Assembly: GCA_965221775.1 (NCBI GenBank)
Contig: CBDCSU010000004.1
Location: 288,001 to 352,000, forward strand
DNA: 64,000 bases
Direction of reading: 5' to 3'
From: Candidatus Latescibacterota bacterium
Lineage (GTDB): Bacteria > Latescibacterota > UBA2968 > UBA8231
Part shown: one piece after another, positions 38,870 through 47,690 of the stretch
Layout: the number at the start of each line of letters is the position of its first letter
Numbering within the stretch: position 1 is the stretch's first letter
The notes under the pieces: model-generated
What the model saw: only the letters and a program-made list of their open reading frames with translations
Told to the model about the DNA's origin: nothing
Database searches by the model: none
Program-made: the position numbers and the translations under genes

Positions 38870-39355
38870 TCACCCCGGCCCGGCCGGACAGGGCGGGAGG
38901 TGGACGAAGCGCTCCGTCTCCCGCTCCATGTCCTCGAGCTCACCTGCGGTCTGGTGGTCAAACCCCGCAAGGTGGAGAAGACCGTGGACAAGGAGTCGGG
39001 TGAGTTCAGCTTCCACCGTCACCCCGCGCTCAGTGGCCTGCACCGTGGCGCGAGGCAGGGAAATGTAGATCTCCCCCGCGGGTGCCTCGAACTCCGCCGG
39101 CGAGAGCACGCTTCCGGCTCCACTTCGGCTGGCCGGATCATCCCTCAGGGAGAAGGAGAGCACGTCCGTACTCCGGTCCCGCCCACGGAAGGCCGCGTTG
39201 AGGCGGCGAACCTCCGCGTCGTCGGTGACGATCGCCTCCACCGGGCCTCCGGCCTCGTGCACGGACAGGACCCTTCGAGCCACCGCAGCCAAGTGGTGGC
39301 GGGTCCCGGCCGTTACGGCCTCAGGCAGGTCCGGGCTGCAGTGCAGTAGAAACAT
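38870..39355 (-). CDS. ybeY: rRNA maturation endoribonuclease YbeY
   Basis: LNAAFRGRDRSTDVLSF, GEIYIS, HGLLHLAGFDH. Confidence 0.93.
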   Translation of the reverse strand: MFLLHCSPDLPEAVTAGTRHHLAAVARRVLSVHEAGGPVEAIVTDDAEVRRLNAAFRGRDRSTDVLSFSLRDDPASRSGAGSVLSPAEFEAPAGEIYISLPRATVQATERGVTVEAELTRLLVHGLLHLAGFDHQTAGELEDMERETERFVHLPPCPAGPG

Positions 39356-41594
39356 GGGTCTGGCTCGCCTTGGTCTGCCACGGGTATTCGAGCCGCCCGT
39401 GAAGAGTTCCCATGAGCACGGGGAGGAAGGACTCTTCGACGCCGTGCAGATCGCGCAGCGTCAGTGGACATTCATCGAGCTCCCCGGCTGTGAACTTCTG
39501 CTGAATGATGCGCCGCACCAACTGACGCACCCGATTCGGCGTGTGATCGGAGAGGGTTCGGGCCGCCGACTCGACCGAGTCGGCCAGCATCAGGATACCC
39601 GCCTCCTTCGTCTGGGGCTTGGGGCCATCGTACCGGAAGTCGTCGCGGCGCACGTTCTTGAGGCCCTGCTCGACGGCCCGGTTGTAGAAGAACTCGATCA
39701 CCGTCGTTCCGTGATGCTGGGGAATCAGGTCGATCAAGGCCTCGGGCAGCCCGTTCTCTTCCGCCAACTCCACGCCGTCCTTGACGTGGGAGTCGACGAT
39801 GAGAGCGCTCATGTTGGGCGTCAGCTGATCGTGCGGATTGCGGCCACCGCGCAGGCCCTGGTTCTCGGTGAAGTACTCGGGCTTGAGCATCTTGCCGATA
39901 TCGTGGTAGTAGCACCCGACCCGGGCCAGCAGGGGATTGGCGTCGATCCGCTGCGCCGCCGCCTCCGACAGGTTGGCCATGATCAGGGAATGGGTGTACG
40001 TGCCGGGGGCCTGAATCGCCAGCTCCCTCAGCAGCGGGCGGTTCAGGTCGGACAACTCCAGAAGGGTGATGTCGGTGGTTACCCTGAAGAGGCTCTCGAA
40101 GATCGGCAGCAGGCCCTGGATGACGATGGGCGACGCCACGCCGATGAAGATCCCCGGCAGCACATGCTCGGGTATGTCGTCGATGTTGACGAACCGGAGC
40201 AGGTCCGTGGCGGCGATCAGCAAGGCATAGGAGGCGGTGAGCAGGACCATGGGTCGGTAGAACTGATTCCGGTGACGCACCTGCCGCAACGAGAACACGG
40301 CGACGGCGGAGGTGAGTGCGCAGATCATGGCCACGTAGAAGTCGCCGAAGAGGGTGCCGATGAAGAGGGCGAGGAGGAAAGAGACGACCAGGGCGAGTTG
40401 GGGGCTCAGGAGGATCGTCAGCAGCATGGCCGCCAGGGGAGTGGGCACGAAGTAGGTGGGGATATCGTTGACCCGTATATAGGAAGCGCTCCCCGCCGTC
40501 GACAGGGTGATGATGGCCAGGAGCAGCAGCAGACTGGGGCTGTCGAAGATGGCCCGTTCGCGGGCGGACAGGTAGAAGCCGAGGACGAGCAGAATGAAGG
40601 CCGCGATCACACCGGAGCTCAGGACTTGGTAGAGGCTTGTGGCGAAGTCCTTCTCGGCCACCTCCGTCAGATGCTCCGCGAGGGCGTCGAGAGCCTCCAC
40701 GTGGTGGGGCTCCACCTTCGCGTTCTTGTCGACGATCATCTCGTCCTGGAGGTAGCGGCGCTTGATCCGGGCTACACTGCGCCGGGCCTCCTCCCGCTGC
40801 TGCCGCGTGAGTGCTGCGTCCACCACGACGTTCGCGGTGACGAACAGCCCGAGAAGCTCGTGCACGGCCTCGGCCGCCCCGCTGGAAGCCAGGGAAGGGT
40901 AGCTCCCTATGAGAGAGAGGAGCTCTCCGCGCTTCAATGACCCGGCCTCGTAGAGGTCGTCGATCGGGACCTCCTGGCCTTCGAGGCGGGCCTGGCGGGT
41001 CAGGGCGGTGTGGGTGTCGTCACGGGAGGCCAGGATGCCGGTGGAGTAGGCATTGGCAAGCACTTGGCCGGCGGCTTGCCGAAAAGACGCGATCGTGTCG
41101 GGGGGCGCCGCGGATAGGGCGGCGATGAGCTTTCTAAGCGCGTCCTCGGAGAGGGAGCCGATGACGTCGGGCAACTCTCTTTGCAGCCGCCTCTGCTTCA
41201 CGGACTCGGGCATCTCCATCCGTATGTTGGGCAGCAGCACGTCAAAGACCGAGTCGAGGCGTGAGAGCTGTCGATCACTGATCCGGGGTTGCAGCGACAA
41301 CTGCGTGGGCACTCGCCGCTCGGCCTCGTGACGCTCCCGTTCCAGTTCCTCCGGTCCCTTGCGCACGAAGAAGGTCTGGGAGGCGTTGATTCGCTCGGGG
41401 GCGATGCTGCCGACGCGCAGCTTGGTGACGTGGTGCGGGCGCTGGAAGGGGGAAAAGTAGGTCAGCAGGCCGATGGCCCCGAGGGCGAGGGCGAGCCGGT
41501 ACAGGCGCATGCCGGCTGCTCCTTGGGGGCCCTTCCTCTGACGGCCCGACGATGCCGAGGAGGCCCACGGGCGCCTCAAGGAAGGGGTGTTCAC
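39321..41594 (-). CDS. 7TM-HD (HDIG) membrane phosphohydrolase, PgpH-like cyclic-di-AMP phosphodiesterase family
   Basis: Extracytoplasmic domain, multi-TM block, LLELSD, APGTYTHS, YYHDIGK, FTENQ, HHGT, LADSVESA. GTGA overlap with the phoH stop; alternative ATG at 41510. Confidence 0.9.
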   Translation of the reverse strand: MNTPSLRRPWASSASSGRQRKGPQGAAGMRLYRLALALGAIGLLTYFSPFQRPHHVTKLRVGSIAPERINASQTFFVRKGPEELERERHEAERRVPTQLSLQPRISDRQLSRLDSVFDVLLPNIRMEMPESVKQRRLQRELPDVIGSLSEDALRKLIAALSAAPPDTIASFRQAAGQVLANAYSTGILASRDDTHTALTRQARLEGQEVPIDDLYEAGSLKRGELLSLIGSYPSLASSGAAEAVHELLGLFVTANVVVDAALTRQQREEARRSVARIKRRYLQDEMIVDKNAKVEPHHVEALDALAEHLTEVAEKDFATSLYQVLSSGVIAAFILLVLGFYLSARERAIFDSPSLLLLLAIITLSTAGSASYIRVNDIPTYFVPTPLAAMLLTILLSPQLALVVSFLLALFIGTLFGDFYVAMICALTSAVAVFSLRQVRHRNQFYRPMVLLTASYALLIAATDLLRFVNIDDIPEHVLPGIFIGVASPIVIQGLLPIFESLFRVTTDITLLELSDLNRPLLRELAIQAPGTYTHSLIMANLSEAAAQRIDANPLLARVGCYYHDIGKMLKPEYFTENQGLRGGRNPHDQLTPNMSALIVDSHVKDGVELAEENGLPEALIDLIPQHHGTTVIEFFYNRAVEQGLKNVRRDDFRYDGPKPQTKEAGILMLADSVESAARTLSDHTPNRVRQLVRRIIQQKFTAGELDECPLTLRDLHGVEESFLPVLMGTLHGRLEYPWQTKASQTHVSTALQPGPA

Positions 41595-42601
41595 GCTGGG
41601 GACACCGCCTGAATCCCGCGCCCGTCTCCTGCTTCTGCCGGGGCCCGCTCCTCGCCGTGGCGCTCGTAGGCCTGGACGATGCGCTGCACGAGGGGATTGC
41701 GCACGACATCGCGCTCGGTCAGATGGATGAAGTGGCAACCCTCGATGTCCCGCAGGACGCTGCGTACGTCGACCAGGCCGGACACCTGCCCATCGGGCAG
41801 GTCCGTCTGGGTGATGTCTCCGGTGACCACCGCCTTGGACCCGGCACCCAGGCGGGTGAGGAACATCTTCATCTGCGCCGGAGTCGTGTTCTGCGCCTCG
41901 TCGAGAATGACGAAGGAGTCGTTCAGCGTACGGCCGCGCATGAAAGCCAGGGGGGCGACCTCGACGACCTTCATGCTCTGAAGCCGCGCCAGCCGCTCGG
42001 ACTCGAGCAGCTCCTGGAGCGCGTCGTAGAGGGGGCGCAAGTAGGGATCCACCTTTTCTTCCAAGGCACCGGGCAGGAACCCCAGGTTCTCGCCGGCTTC
42101 CACCGCTGGACGCGCCAGGATGATCCGGGAGACCCTCTTCTGCTTGAGGGAGGAGACAGCGGCGGCGACGGCGAGGTAGGTCTTCCCCGTGCCCGCCGGG
42201 CCGATGGCGAAGACCATGTCGCTGCGGCGAAGAGCTTCGGAGTAGGCGAGCTGGCCGCCGCTGCGGGCGCGCACGGTGGTCCGGTAGGTGCGGAAGCCTC
42301 GTCCGCCGAGGGATTCCCCGGCGGTCGCCTGGCCCTGGAGGGAGAGGGTCCCCAAGTCCCGTTGGAGGAGGGCCTGCACATCCTCCTCCCCGAGGTCGGG
42401 GTCACGGCGCAGGCTCTCGATGACCGTCTCGAGCAGACCGCTGGCGATTCGTATCGACTCTTCCGGCCCGTCGACCAGAAGCCGCTCGCCGCGGGCCACG
42501 AGAGACACTCCGCAACTGTTCTCGAGGGACTGCAGGTTCCGGTCGTTGTGGCCGAACAGCGCGACCGGATCCACCTCGGCGATGGAGATGGTCTTCTTCA
42601 G
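41591..42601 (-). CDS. phoH: PhoH family ATPase
   Basis: GPAGTGKTYLA, RPAVEAGENLGFLPG, APLAFMRGRTL, LDEAQN, GDITQTDLP. The N-terminus probably extends past the GTG at 42574 to a CTG at 42601. Confidence 0.93.
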   Translation of the reverse strand: MKKTISIAEVDPVALFGHNDRNLQSLENSCGVSLVARGERLLVDGPEESIRIASGLLETVIESLRRDPDLGEEDVQALLQRDLGTLSLQGQATAGESLGGRGFRTYRTTVRARSGGQLAYSEALRRSDMVFAIGPAGTGKTYLAVAAAVSSLKQKRVSRIILARPAVEAGENLGFLPGALEEKVDPYLRPLYDALQELLESERLARLQSMKVVEVAPLAFMRGRTLNDSFVILDEAQNTTPAQMKMFLTRLGAGSKAVVTGDITQTDLPDGQVSGLVDVRSVLRDIEGCHFIHLTERDVVRNPLVQRIVQAYERHGEERAPAEAGDGRGIQAVSPA

Positions 42602-42656
42602 ATCTCTCGTAGGGGCGTGATCGGTAGTTTGATCAGGTGAGAGTGCTCAAGAGACG

Positions 42657-42698
42657 AAAAGGGATTCGGATTCCGGCAAGCCCCGGTCCGAACCCCTT
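42657..42698 (-). terminator. Probable intrinsic terminator after the LysM gene
   Basis: Minus strand reads AAGGGGTTCGGA...TCCGAATCCC-TTTT. Confidence 0.62.
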
Positions 42699-42779
42699 GA
42701 CGCTGCTACTCCGGAGTGCACAGCTGCACCGAACCTCGGATCCCCGGAAACCCCTACCCCTCTCGAAAGAGACTCTCTA

Positions 42780-43607
42780 CTAGTCCGGGAGGTCGAGCAC
42801 CTGGGCAGGGAACACGAGACTCGGATCCATGATCTGCTGCTTGTTCGCCTTGTAGATCTTGTGCCACATCGTCGGGTCATTGTAGACCTCCTGGGCGATC
42901 TTCGTCAGGAAGTCGCCTGAGGTCACCAAGTACTGGTTCTCACCGATGGCAATGGGAATATTGAACATCTGCTTCGGGAAGATCAGATCGGGATCGTCGA
43001 TTTCGTCCTTGTTCGCCCGGTAGATGCGAGGCCACATGTACGGATCGTCGTAGATCTCGGGCTTGGAGGCGATTCCCCAGAGGTGGTCGCCCTTCATGAC
43101 CTCGTAGGTGAGCTCCCTCGGCGCACGGACCAGCAGTTCGGCGATCAACTGGCCGGCGCGCTCGATCTTCGCCTTCATCTCGGGGAGTGCGGAGATGGGC
43201 GACATCTTCATCTCCGCCAAGTCCTCGGCGGCCATCTCCAACTCGCTCCGGCGCCACATCAACTCCTCCGGTGCCAGCGCGGCCAAACCCTCAAGCTGCT
43301 GCAGCAGAGCATCGAGACGTCGCCCGAACTCAGCCACCTCGGCTTCCGTGGCGCCCACGAGGGCCAGGATCTCCGCATTCCGCTCTGCGATCCTGGCCTG
43401 CATCTCATCGACTTGGGCCTGGAGCGCAGCGATCTCCTCGTCGAGTTGGGCGATCTCGGCCTTGGCTTTGGCCTCTCCCGAGCGATGCGAAGCCAGCTGT
43501 ACCAGGAACTCCTCGCAAGTCATCTTCATCTGCGCGGAGGCGCCGCCCACCAGACCGAAGGCAAGGGCAAGGAAGACCACACCACCTAAAGCGCGATGCC
43601 TTGGCAT
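42780..43607 (-). CDS. Secreted coiled-coil protein with two LysM domains
   Basis: Signal peptide ending ASA-Q; heptad region; YEVMKGDHLWGIA...WPRIYRAN...PDLIFP and YLVTSGDFLTKIA...WHKIYKAN...PSLVFP. Confidence 0.88.
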   Translation of the reverse strand: MPRHRALGGVVFLALAFGLVGGASAQMKMTCEEFLVQLASHRSGEAKAKAEIAQLDEEIAALQAQVDEMQARIAERNAEILALVGATEAEVAEFGRRLDALLQQLEGLAALAPEELMWRRSELEMAAEDLAEMKMSPISALPEMKAKIERAGQLIAELLVRAPRELTYEVMKGDHLWGIASKPEIYDDPYMWPRIYRANKDEIDDPDLIFPKQMFNIPIAIGENQYLVTSGDFLTKIAQEVYNDPTMWHKIYKANKQQIMDPSLVFPAQVLDLPD

Positions 43608-43636
43608 TTCAGTGCCTTTCTCGTGTTGTAGAATTG

Positions 43637-43930
43637 TCACTCGGACATCCGGTTGGACAGGTTCACCTCCGTTGCGGCCTTCTTCTCGTCGAGCGCCTTC
43701 AACTCGGCCTTGGCGTCGGCCAACTCGCTCTCAAGTCGGGCCTTCTCGGCTTTCTTCTCGGCCACCTTGTCCTCTGCGGACTCCATCGCCTGCCGTTGTT
43801 CCTCAAGTAGGGAGAGTTCCTTTTGGTTGGGAACAGCGGAACAGCCAGCGATCAGCCCGGCGGCGAGGACGGCGGCCACGATATGGACGTAGTCCTTGGC
43901 AGCACGAGCGCTGCTAGGAGAAATACCCAT
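43637..43930 (-). CDS. Small coiled-coil lipoprotein
   Basis: Hydrophobic stretch, lipobox IAG-C, then a continuous charged heptad helix. Confidence 0.8.
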   Translation of the reverse strand: MGISPSSARAAKDYVHIVAAVLAAGLIAGCSAVPNQKELSLLEEQRQAMESAEDKVAEKKAEKARLESELADAKAELKALDEKKAATEVNLSNRMSE

Positions 43931-43999
43931 CGAGCGACTCCCCTGTGTCTGCTTGTCGGTTTGGATGCGCGGATTCCGCGAAATGGCTAGTCCTGGCCC

Positions 44000-44028
44000 A
44001 AGGTAAACGCGTCCAAAGGGGATGTCAA
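44000..44028 (-). promoter_or_regulatory. Sigma-70-type promoter for the lipoprotein/LysM pair
   Basis: TTGACA-17 nt-TACCTT. Confidence 0.68.
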
Positions 44029-44065
44029 GTCAAAATCCCCTGTCCTTATAAGGGCTTACAGTCGG

Positions 44066-45847
44066 CTACCGGAGCCGGATGCCCAGCTCCCGAAGCTGGG
44101 GATCGTCCACCGGTCCGGGAGCATCCTCCATGAGGCCAACCGCCTTGTTTGTCTTGGGGAAGGCGATGACATCACGGATCGAGCCCTCCCCCGCAAGCAT
44201 GGCCACCAGCCGGTCGAAGCCGAAGGCGATCCCGCCGTGGGGCGGAGCCCCGTGCTCCAAGGCCTCCAGCAGGAAGCCGAATTTCTCCCGGGCCTCCCGA
44301 TTCGAGATGCCCAGCAGATGGAATAGACGCTTCTGCAATCCGGAGTCGTGGATCCGGATCGAGCCGCCGGCGACCTCGTCGCCGTTGATCACGAGATCAT
44401 AGGCCCGCGCACGCGCCAGGGCTGGATCGTCGTCCAGTGCCTCGACATCCTCGGGCAGGGGGGCGGTAAAGGGGTGGTGCACGGCCTGATATCCATCCGA
44501 GTCCGGACTTGGTTCCAGAAGGGGGAAGCGATCGACCCACAGGGGGTGCCAGCGGTCGTCTGCGAGCCCGAAGCGCTCTGCCAGCTCGAGACGGAGGGCA
44601 CCCAGAACCCTCGCCGCCGCCCCAGGCGAGTCCGCCACCAGCAGGAGCAGATCACCGGGCTCGGAGGCCAGCCCCTCGACCAGGAGATCCTGCGAGGCCT
44701 CCGGGAAAAACTTGACGATGGAGGACTCGAGACCTCGGTCCGTGTGACGGATCCAACTGAGCCCCTTGGCTCCCTGCTCTTGGGCAAACGCGATCAGCCC
44801 GTCGATTTGACTCCGAGGCAACTGACTGCGCCCCTTTGCGTTGATGCCCTTTACCTGTCCTCCCGAATCAAGCACCGACCGGAAGATCCCATAGTCGGAT
44901 GCACGGGCCGCTTCCATCAGGTCGACCAACTCCAGGCCGAACCGAAGATCGGGGCGGTCGCTGCCGAAGCGGTCCATCGCTTCCTGATAGGAGATCCGGG
45001 GAAATGGATCGGGCAGGGAGATACCGGCGACCTCGGAGAACAGTGACCGGGTGAGACGCTCCGCCAGATCGGTCACGCGCTGTTCGTCGACGAAGGACAT
45101 CTCGATGTCGATCTGGGTGAATTCCGGCTGCCGGTCGGCCCGCAGATCCTCGTCCCGGAAACACTTGACGATCTGGTAGTATCGGTCGAGCCCGGAGACC
45201 ATCAGCAACTGCTTGTAGGTTTGGGGAGATTGGGGGAGGGCGAAGAACCGGCCCTGGTGAACCCGGCTGGGAACCAGGAAGTCCCGGGCTCCCTCCGGGG
45301 TGCTGCGAATCAGCAAGGGCGTCTCCACCTCTATGAAGCCCTCGCCATCGAGAAACCTCCGGGTCGTCCGGTAGCATTGGTGGCGCAAGGCGAGATTGCC
45401 TTGCATCCGCGGGCGGCGCAGGTCGAGGTATCGATACCTGAGGCGTGTCTCCTCGCCCAGCTCCACGCTGTCGTCGACCTGGAAAGGCACGGGCCTGGAC
45501 TCGTTCAGGAGTCTCACCTGATCGCAGTTGACCTCGATCTCGCCCGTGGGCAGGCGCGGGTTGACCATCCCCTGAGGACGGCGCTCGACGATGCCGTGGA
45601 CGGCGACGACGAACTCGTTTCGCAGGGCATCCGCCCTGGCATGGGCCTCGGAGCTGTGCTGGGGATTGAAGACGATCTGGGTGACGCCTCCACGGTCCCG
45701 CAGGTCGACGAAGATGACGCCGCCGTGATCCCTGCGGGTCGATACCCACCCCATCAGGATCACCCGCTCGCCGAGATGCTCGGCCGTCAGGGTGCCGCAG
45801 TCGTGGCTACGCTTCCAGTCACCGAGAGAGTCGAGTCTGGCGGCCAT
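44066..45847 (-). CDS. aspS: Aspartate--tRNA ligase, probably non-discriminating (Asp/Asn)
   Basis: RRDHGG, RLRYRYLDLR, STPEGARDF, LPQSPQ, CFRDEDLRADRQPEFTQID, GGSIRIH, PPHGGIAFGFDR. Start moved to ATG 45847 because the track's TTG at 45913 is a -35 box. Confidence 0.96.
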   Translation of the reverse strand: MAARLDSLGDWKRSHDCGTLTAEHLGERVILMGWVSTRRDHGGVIFVDLRDRGGVTQIVFNPQHSSEAHARADALRNEFVVAVHGIVERRPQGMVNPRLPTGEIEVNCDQVRLLNESRPVPFQVDDSVELGEETRLRYRYLDLRRPRMQGNLALRHQCYRTTRRFLDGEGFIEVETPLLIRSTPEGARDFLVPSRVHQGRFFALPQSPQTYKQLLMVSGLDRYYQIVKCFRDEDLRADRQPEFTQIDIEMSFVDEQRVTDLAERLTRSLFSEVAGISLPDPFPRISYQEAMDRFGSDRPDLRFGLELVDLMEAARASDYGIFRSVLDSGGQVKGINAKGRSQLPRSQIDGLIAFAQEQGAKGLSWIRHTDRGLESSIVKFFPEASQDLLVEGLASEPGDLLLLVADSPGAAARVLGALRLELAERFGLADDRWHPLWVDRFPLLEPSPDSDGYQAVHHPFTAPLPEDVEALDDDPALARARAYDLVINGDEVAGGSIRIHDSGLQKRLFHLLGISNREAREKFGFLLEALEHGAPPHGGIAFGFDRLVAMLAGEGSIRDVIAFPKTNKAVGLMEDAPGPVDDPQLRELGIRLR

Positions 45848-45884
45848 CTCTTCCGTTGCGCAAGGATTCGGGTTGAAACGAGTA

Positions 45885-45913
45885 ACCTTATGTATTTCCT
45901 GCAATTGTGTCAA
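45885..45913 (-). promoter_or_regulatory. Sigma-70-type promoter for aspS
   Basis: TTGACA-17 nt-TAAGGT. Confidence 0.68.
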
Positions 45914-45950
45914 AGCCAGGCGGCTCCCGAATCACTCCCGGGCCTTTCCG

Positions 45951-45978
45951 TTGACGACGCGGCCCAGGCGGCTATATT
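45951..45978 (+). promoter_or_regulatory. Sigma-70-type promoter for the cysM cluster
   Basis: TTGACG-16 nt-TATATT. Confidence 0.7.
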
Positions 45979-46108
45979 CGCCCGCCCTCACGGACCCGAG
46001 CCTGGGCTCCGAGGCCCGACTCGGCGCGAAGGCGGGCGATCGCGGGACGACCCTGAACCGGCATTCTCCCTCGAGTCATGAAGGGCCCCTGGAAGGAGAT
46101 GACCTCCG

Positions 46109-47062
46109 GTGACCGCCATCCCCGGCGAGCTCGGCATCGTCGATCAGATCGGCAACACCCCGCTGCTGCGGCTGCCCGGCGTCGATGTCCCATCCCATGT
46201 CTCCGTGTACGCCAAGCTGGAGTTCTTCAATCCGGGCGGGTCGGTCAAGGATCGGCCGGCGCGGCGCATGATCCTGGAGGGGATCGCATCGGGCGGTCTA
46301 AAGCCGGGCAAGGTGATCCTCGATTCGACATCGGGAAACACCGGTATCGCCTATGCGATGATCGGCGCGGCCCTCGGGTACCCGGTGAAGCTGGCCATGC
46401 CCGCCAATGTGACGCGCGAGCGCAGTTCCATCCTGGCCGCGTACGGGGCCCAGGTGGTCCTCACCGATCCGGCAGAAGGCTCCGACGGGGCGATTCTGGA
46501 GGCTCGCCGGATCCAGGCGGAGGATGCGGAGCGCTACTTCAAGCCCGATCAGTACAACAATCCGGCGAACTGGTGGGCGCACCGCGACTCGACGGCCCGC
46601 GAGATCTGGAGACAGACCGGGGGCGACGTCACCCACTTGGTGGCTACCATGGGGACCAGCGGGACGGTGATGGGGACGGGGCGAGGACTGAAGGCGCGCA
46701 GCCCGGAGATCACGGTTGTCGGAGTCGAGCCCTCCGACGCCTTCCATGGGATCGAGGGGCTGAAACACATGGACAGTTCGATCGTCCCCGGGATCTACGA
46801 CGAGTCCTTCCTCGACTCGAAGATCGGTGTCGACACGGAGGACGCCTACGAGGCTGCGCTGCGCCTCTCCCGCGAGCTCGGAGTCCTCGTGGGACAGTCC
46901 TCGGGCGCCGCGTACGAGGCTGCCCTGAGAGTGGCCAGAGAGCTGTCCCGTGGTACGGTGGTGACCATCTTCTGTGACGGAGGAGACAAGTACATGACGA
47001 CCCCCATGTGGCGTGACCTTCTCGAGGAGCGGGGGATTCCGGGGCAGGCGGGCAGATGCTGA
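46109..47062 (+). CDS. cysM: PLP-dependent cysteine synthase family protein (CysM-like)
   Basis: IGNTPL, KLEFFNPGGSVKDR, STSGNTG, DQYNN, MGTSGT, GQSSGA. Confidence 0.88.
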   Translation: MTAIPGELGIVDQIGNTPLLRLPGVDVPSHVSVYAKLEFFNPGGSVKDRPARRMILEGIASGGLKPGKVILDSTSGNTGIAYAMIGAALGYPVKLAMPANVTRERSSILAAYGAQVVLTDPAEGSDGAILEARRIQAEDAERYFKPDQYNNPANWWAHRDSTAREIWRQTGGDVTHLVATMGTSGTVMGTGRGLKARSPEITVVGVEPSDAFHGIEGLKHMDSSIVPGIYDESFLDSKIGVDTEDAYEAALRLSRELGVLVGQSSGAAYEAALRVARELSRGTVVTIFCDGGDKYMTTPMWRDLLEERGIPGQAGRC

Positions 47063-47523
47063 GGGTTGCGCGCGATCAGGTTCGGAGGATCTGCGATCAG
47101 GCGATGGAGGAGTACCCCGGCGAGTGCTGCGGGATCCTCACCTCAGGGCCGGGGGGGGAGGGCATCGAGATCCACCCTTGCCGCAATATCCAGGACGAGC
47201 TTCACGAGCGGGACCCGTCGGAGTATCCCCGAGACTCGGGGACCGCCTACTTCATCGACCCTGGGGAGCTCTTCCGCATCGTCAGCGCGGCGGAAAGGGC
47301 GGGAGGACGGGTCGCCGGCTTCTACCACTCCCACATCGACTGCGATGCCTATTTCTCCGAAGAGGACAAGGCGCGGGCCATGGCCTGGGACGAACCGGCC
47401 TATCCCGACGCCGTGTACCTGGTGATCTCCGTCCATGCGGACGGGGTGCGCGGCAGCAGAGGCTTCGCCTGGGATCCGCACCAATCCGACTTCGCCGAGG
47501 TAGAGGTGCTCTTCCCGATGTGA
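47056..47523 (+). CDS. JAMM/MPN+ metallopeptidase (M67; Mec/QbsD-like)
   Basis: YPGECCG and YHSHIDCDAYFSEED fit E...HxH-x7-S-x2-D. Confidence 0.92.
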   Translation: MLRVARDQVRRICDQAMEEYPGECCGILTSGPGGEGIEIHPCRNIQDELHERDPSEYPRDSGTAYFIDPGELFRIVSAAERAGGRVAGFYHSHIDCDAYFSEEDKARAMAWDEPAYPDAVYLVISVHADGVRGSRGFAWDPHQSDFAEVEVLFPM

Positions 47524-47690
47524 GTGATCGCAGTTCCCGCAGCGTACGGTTCCGGATTTAGCGATTGGATCTTCCCGCGGCTATACTTGCTGCGACCAAG
47601 GCTCGGGCAACGGTTCGGGCGAGCTCGCCGGCTCCGGCCGTGCCTTCCGTGTAGTCCCCGAAGCGCAATCCCCTCTGGAGGAGTCTGGAG

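Noticed and set aside
42623-42649. GAGTGCTCA resembling a CIRCE right half (also TTAGCACCG at 2659-2667 resembling a left half)
   Set aside because: The partner half-site 9 nt away is missing in both cases.
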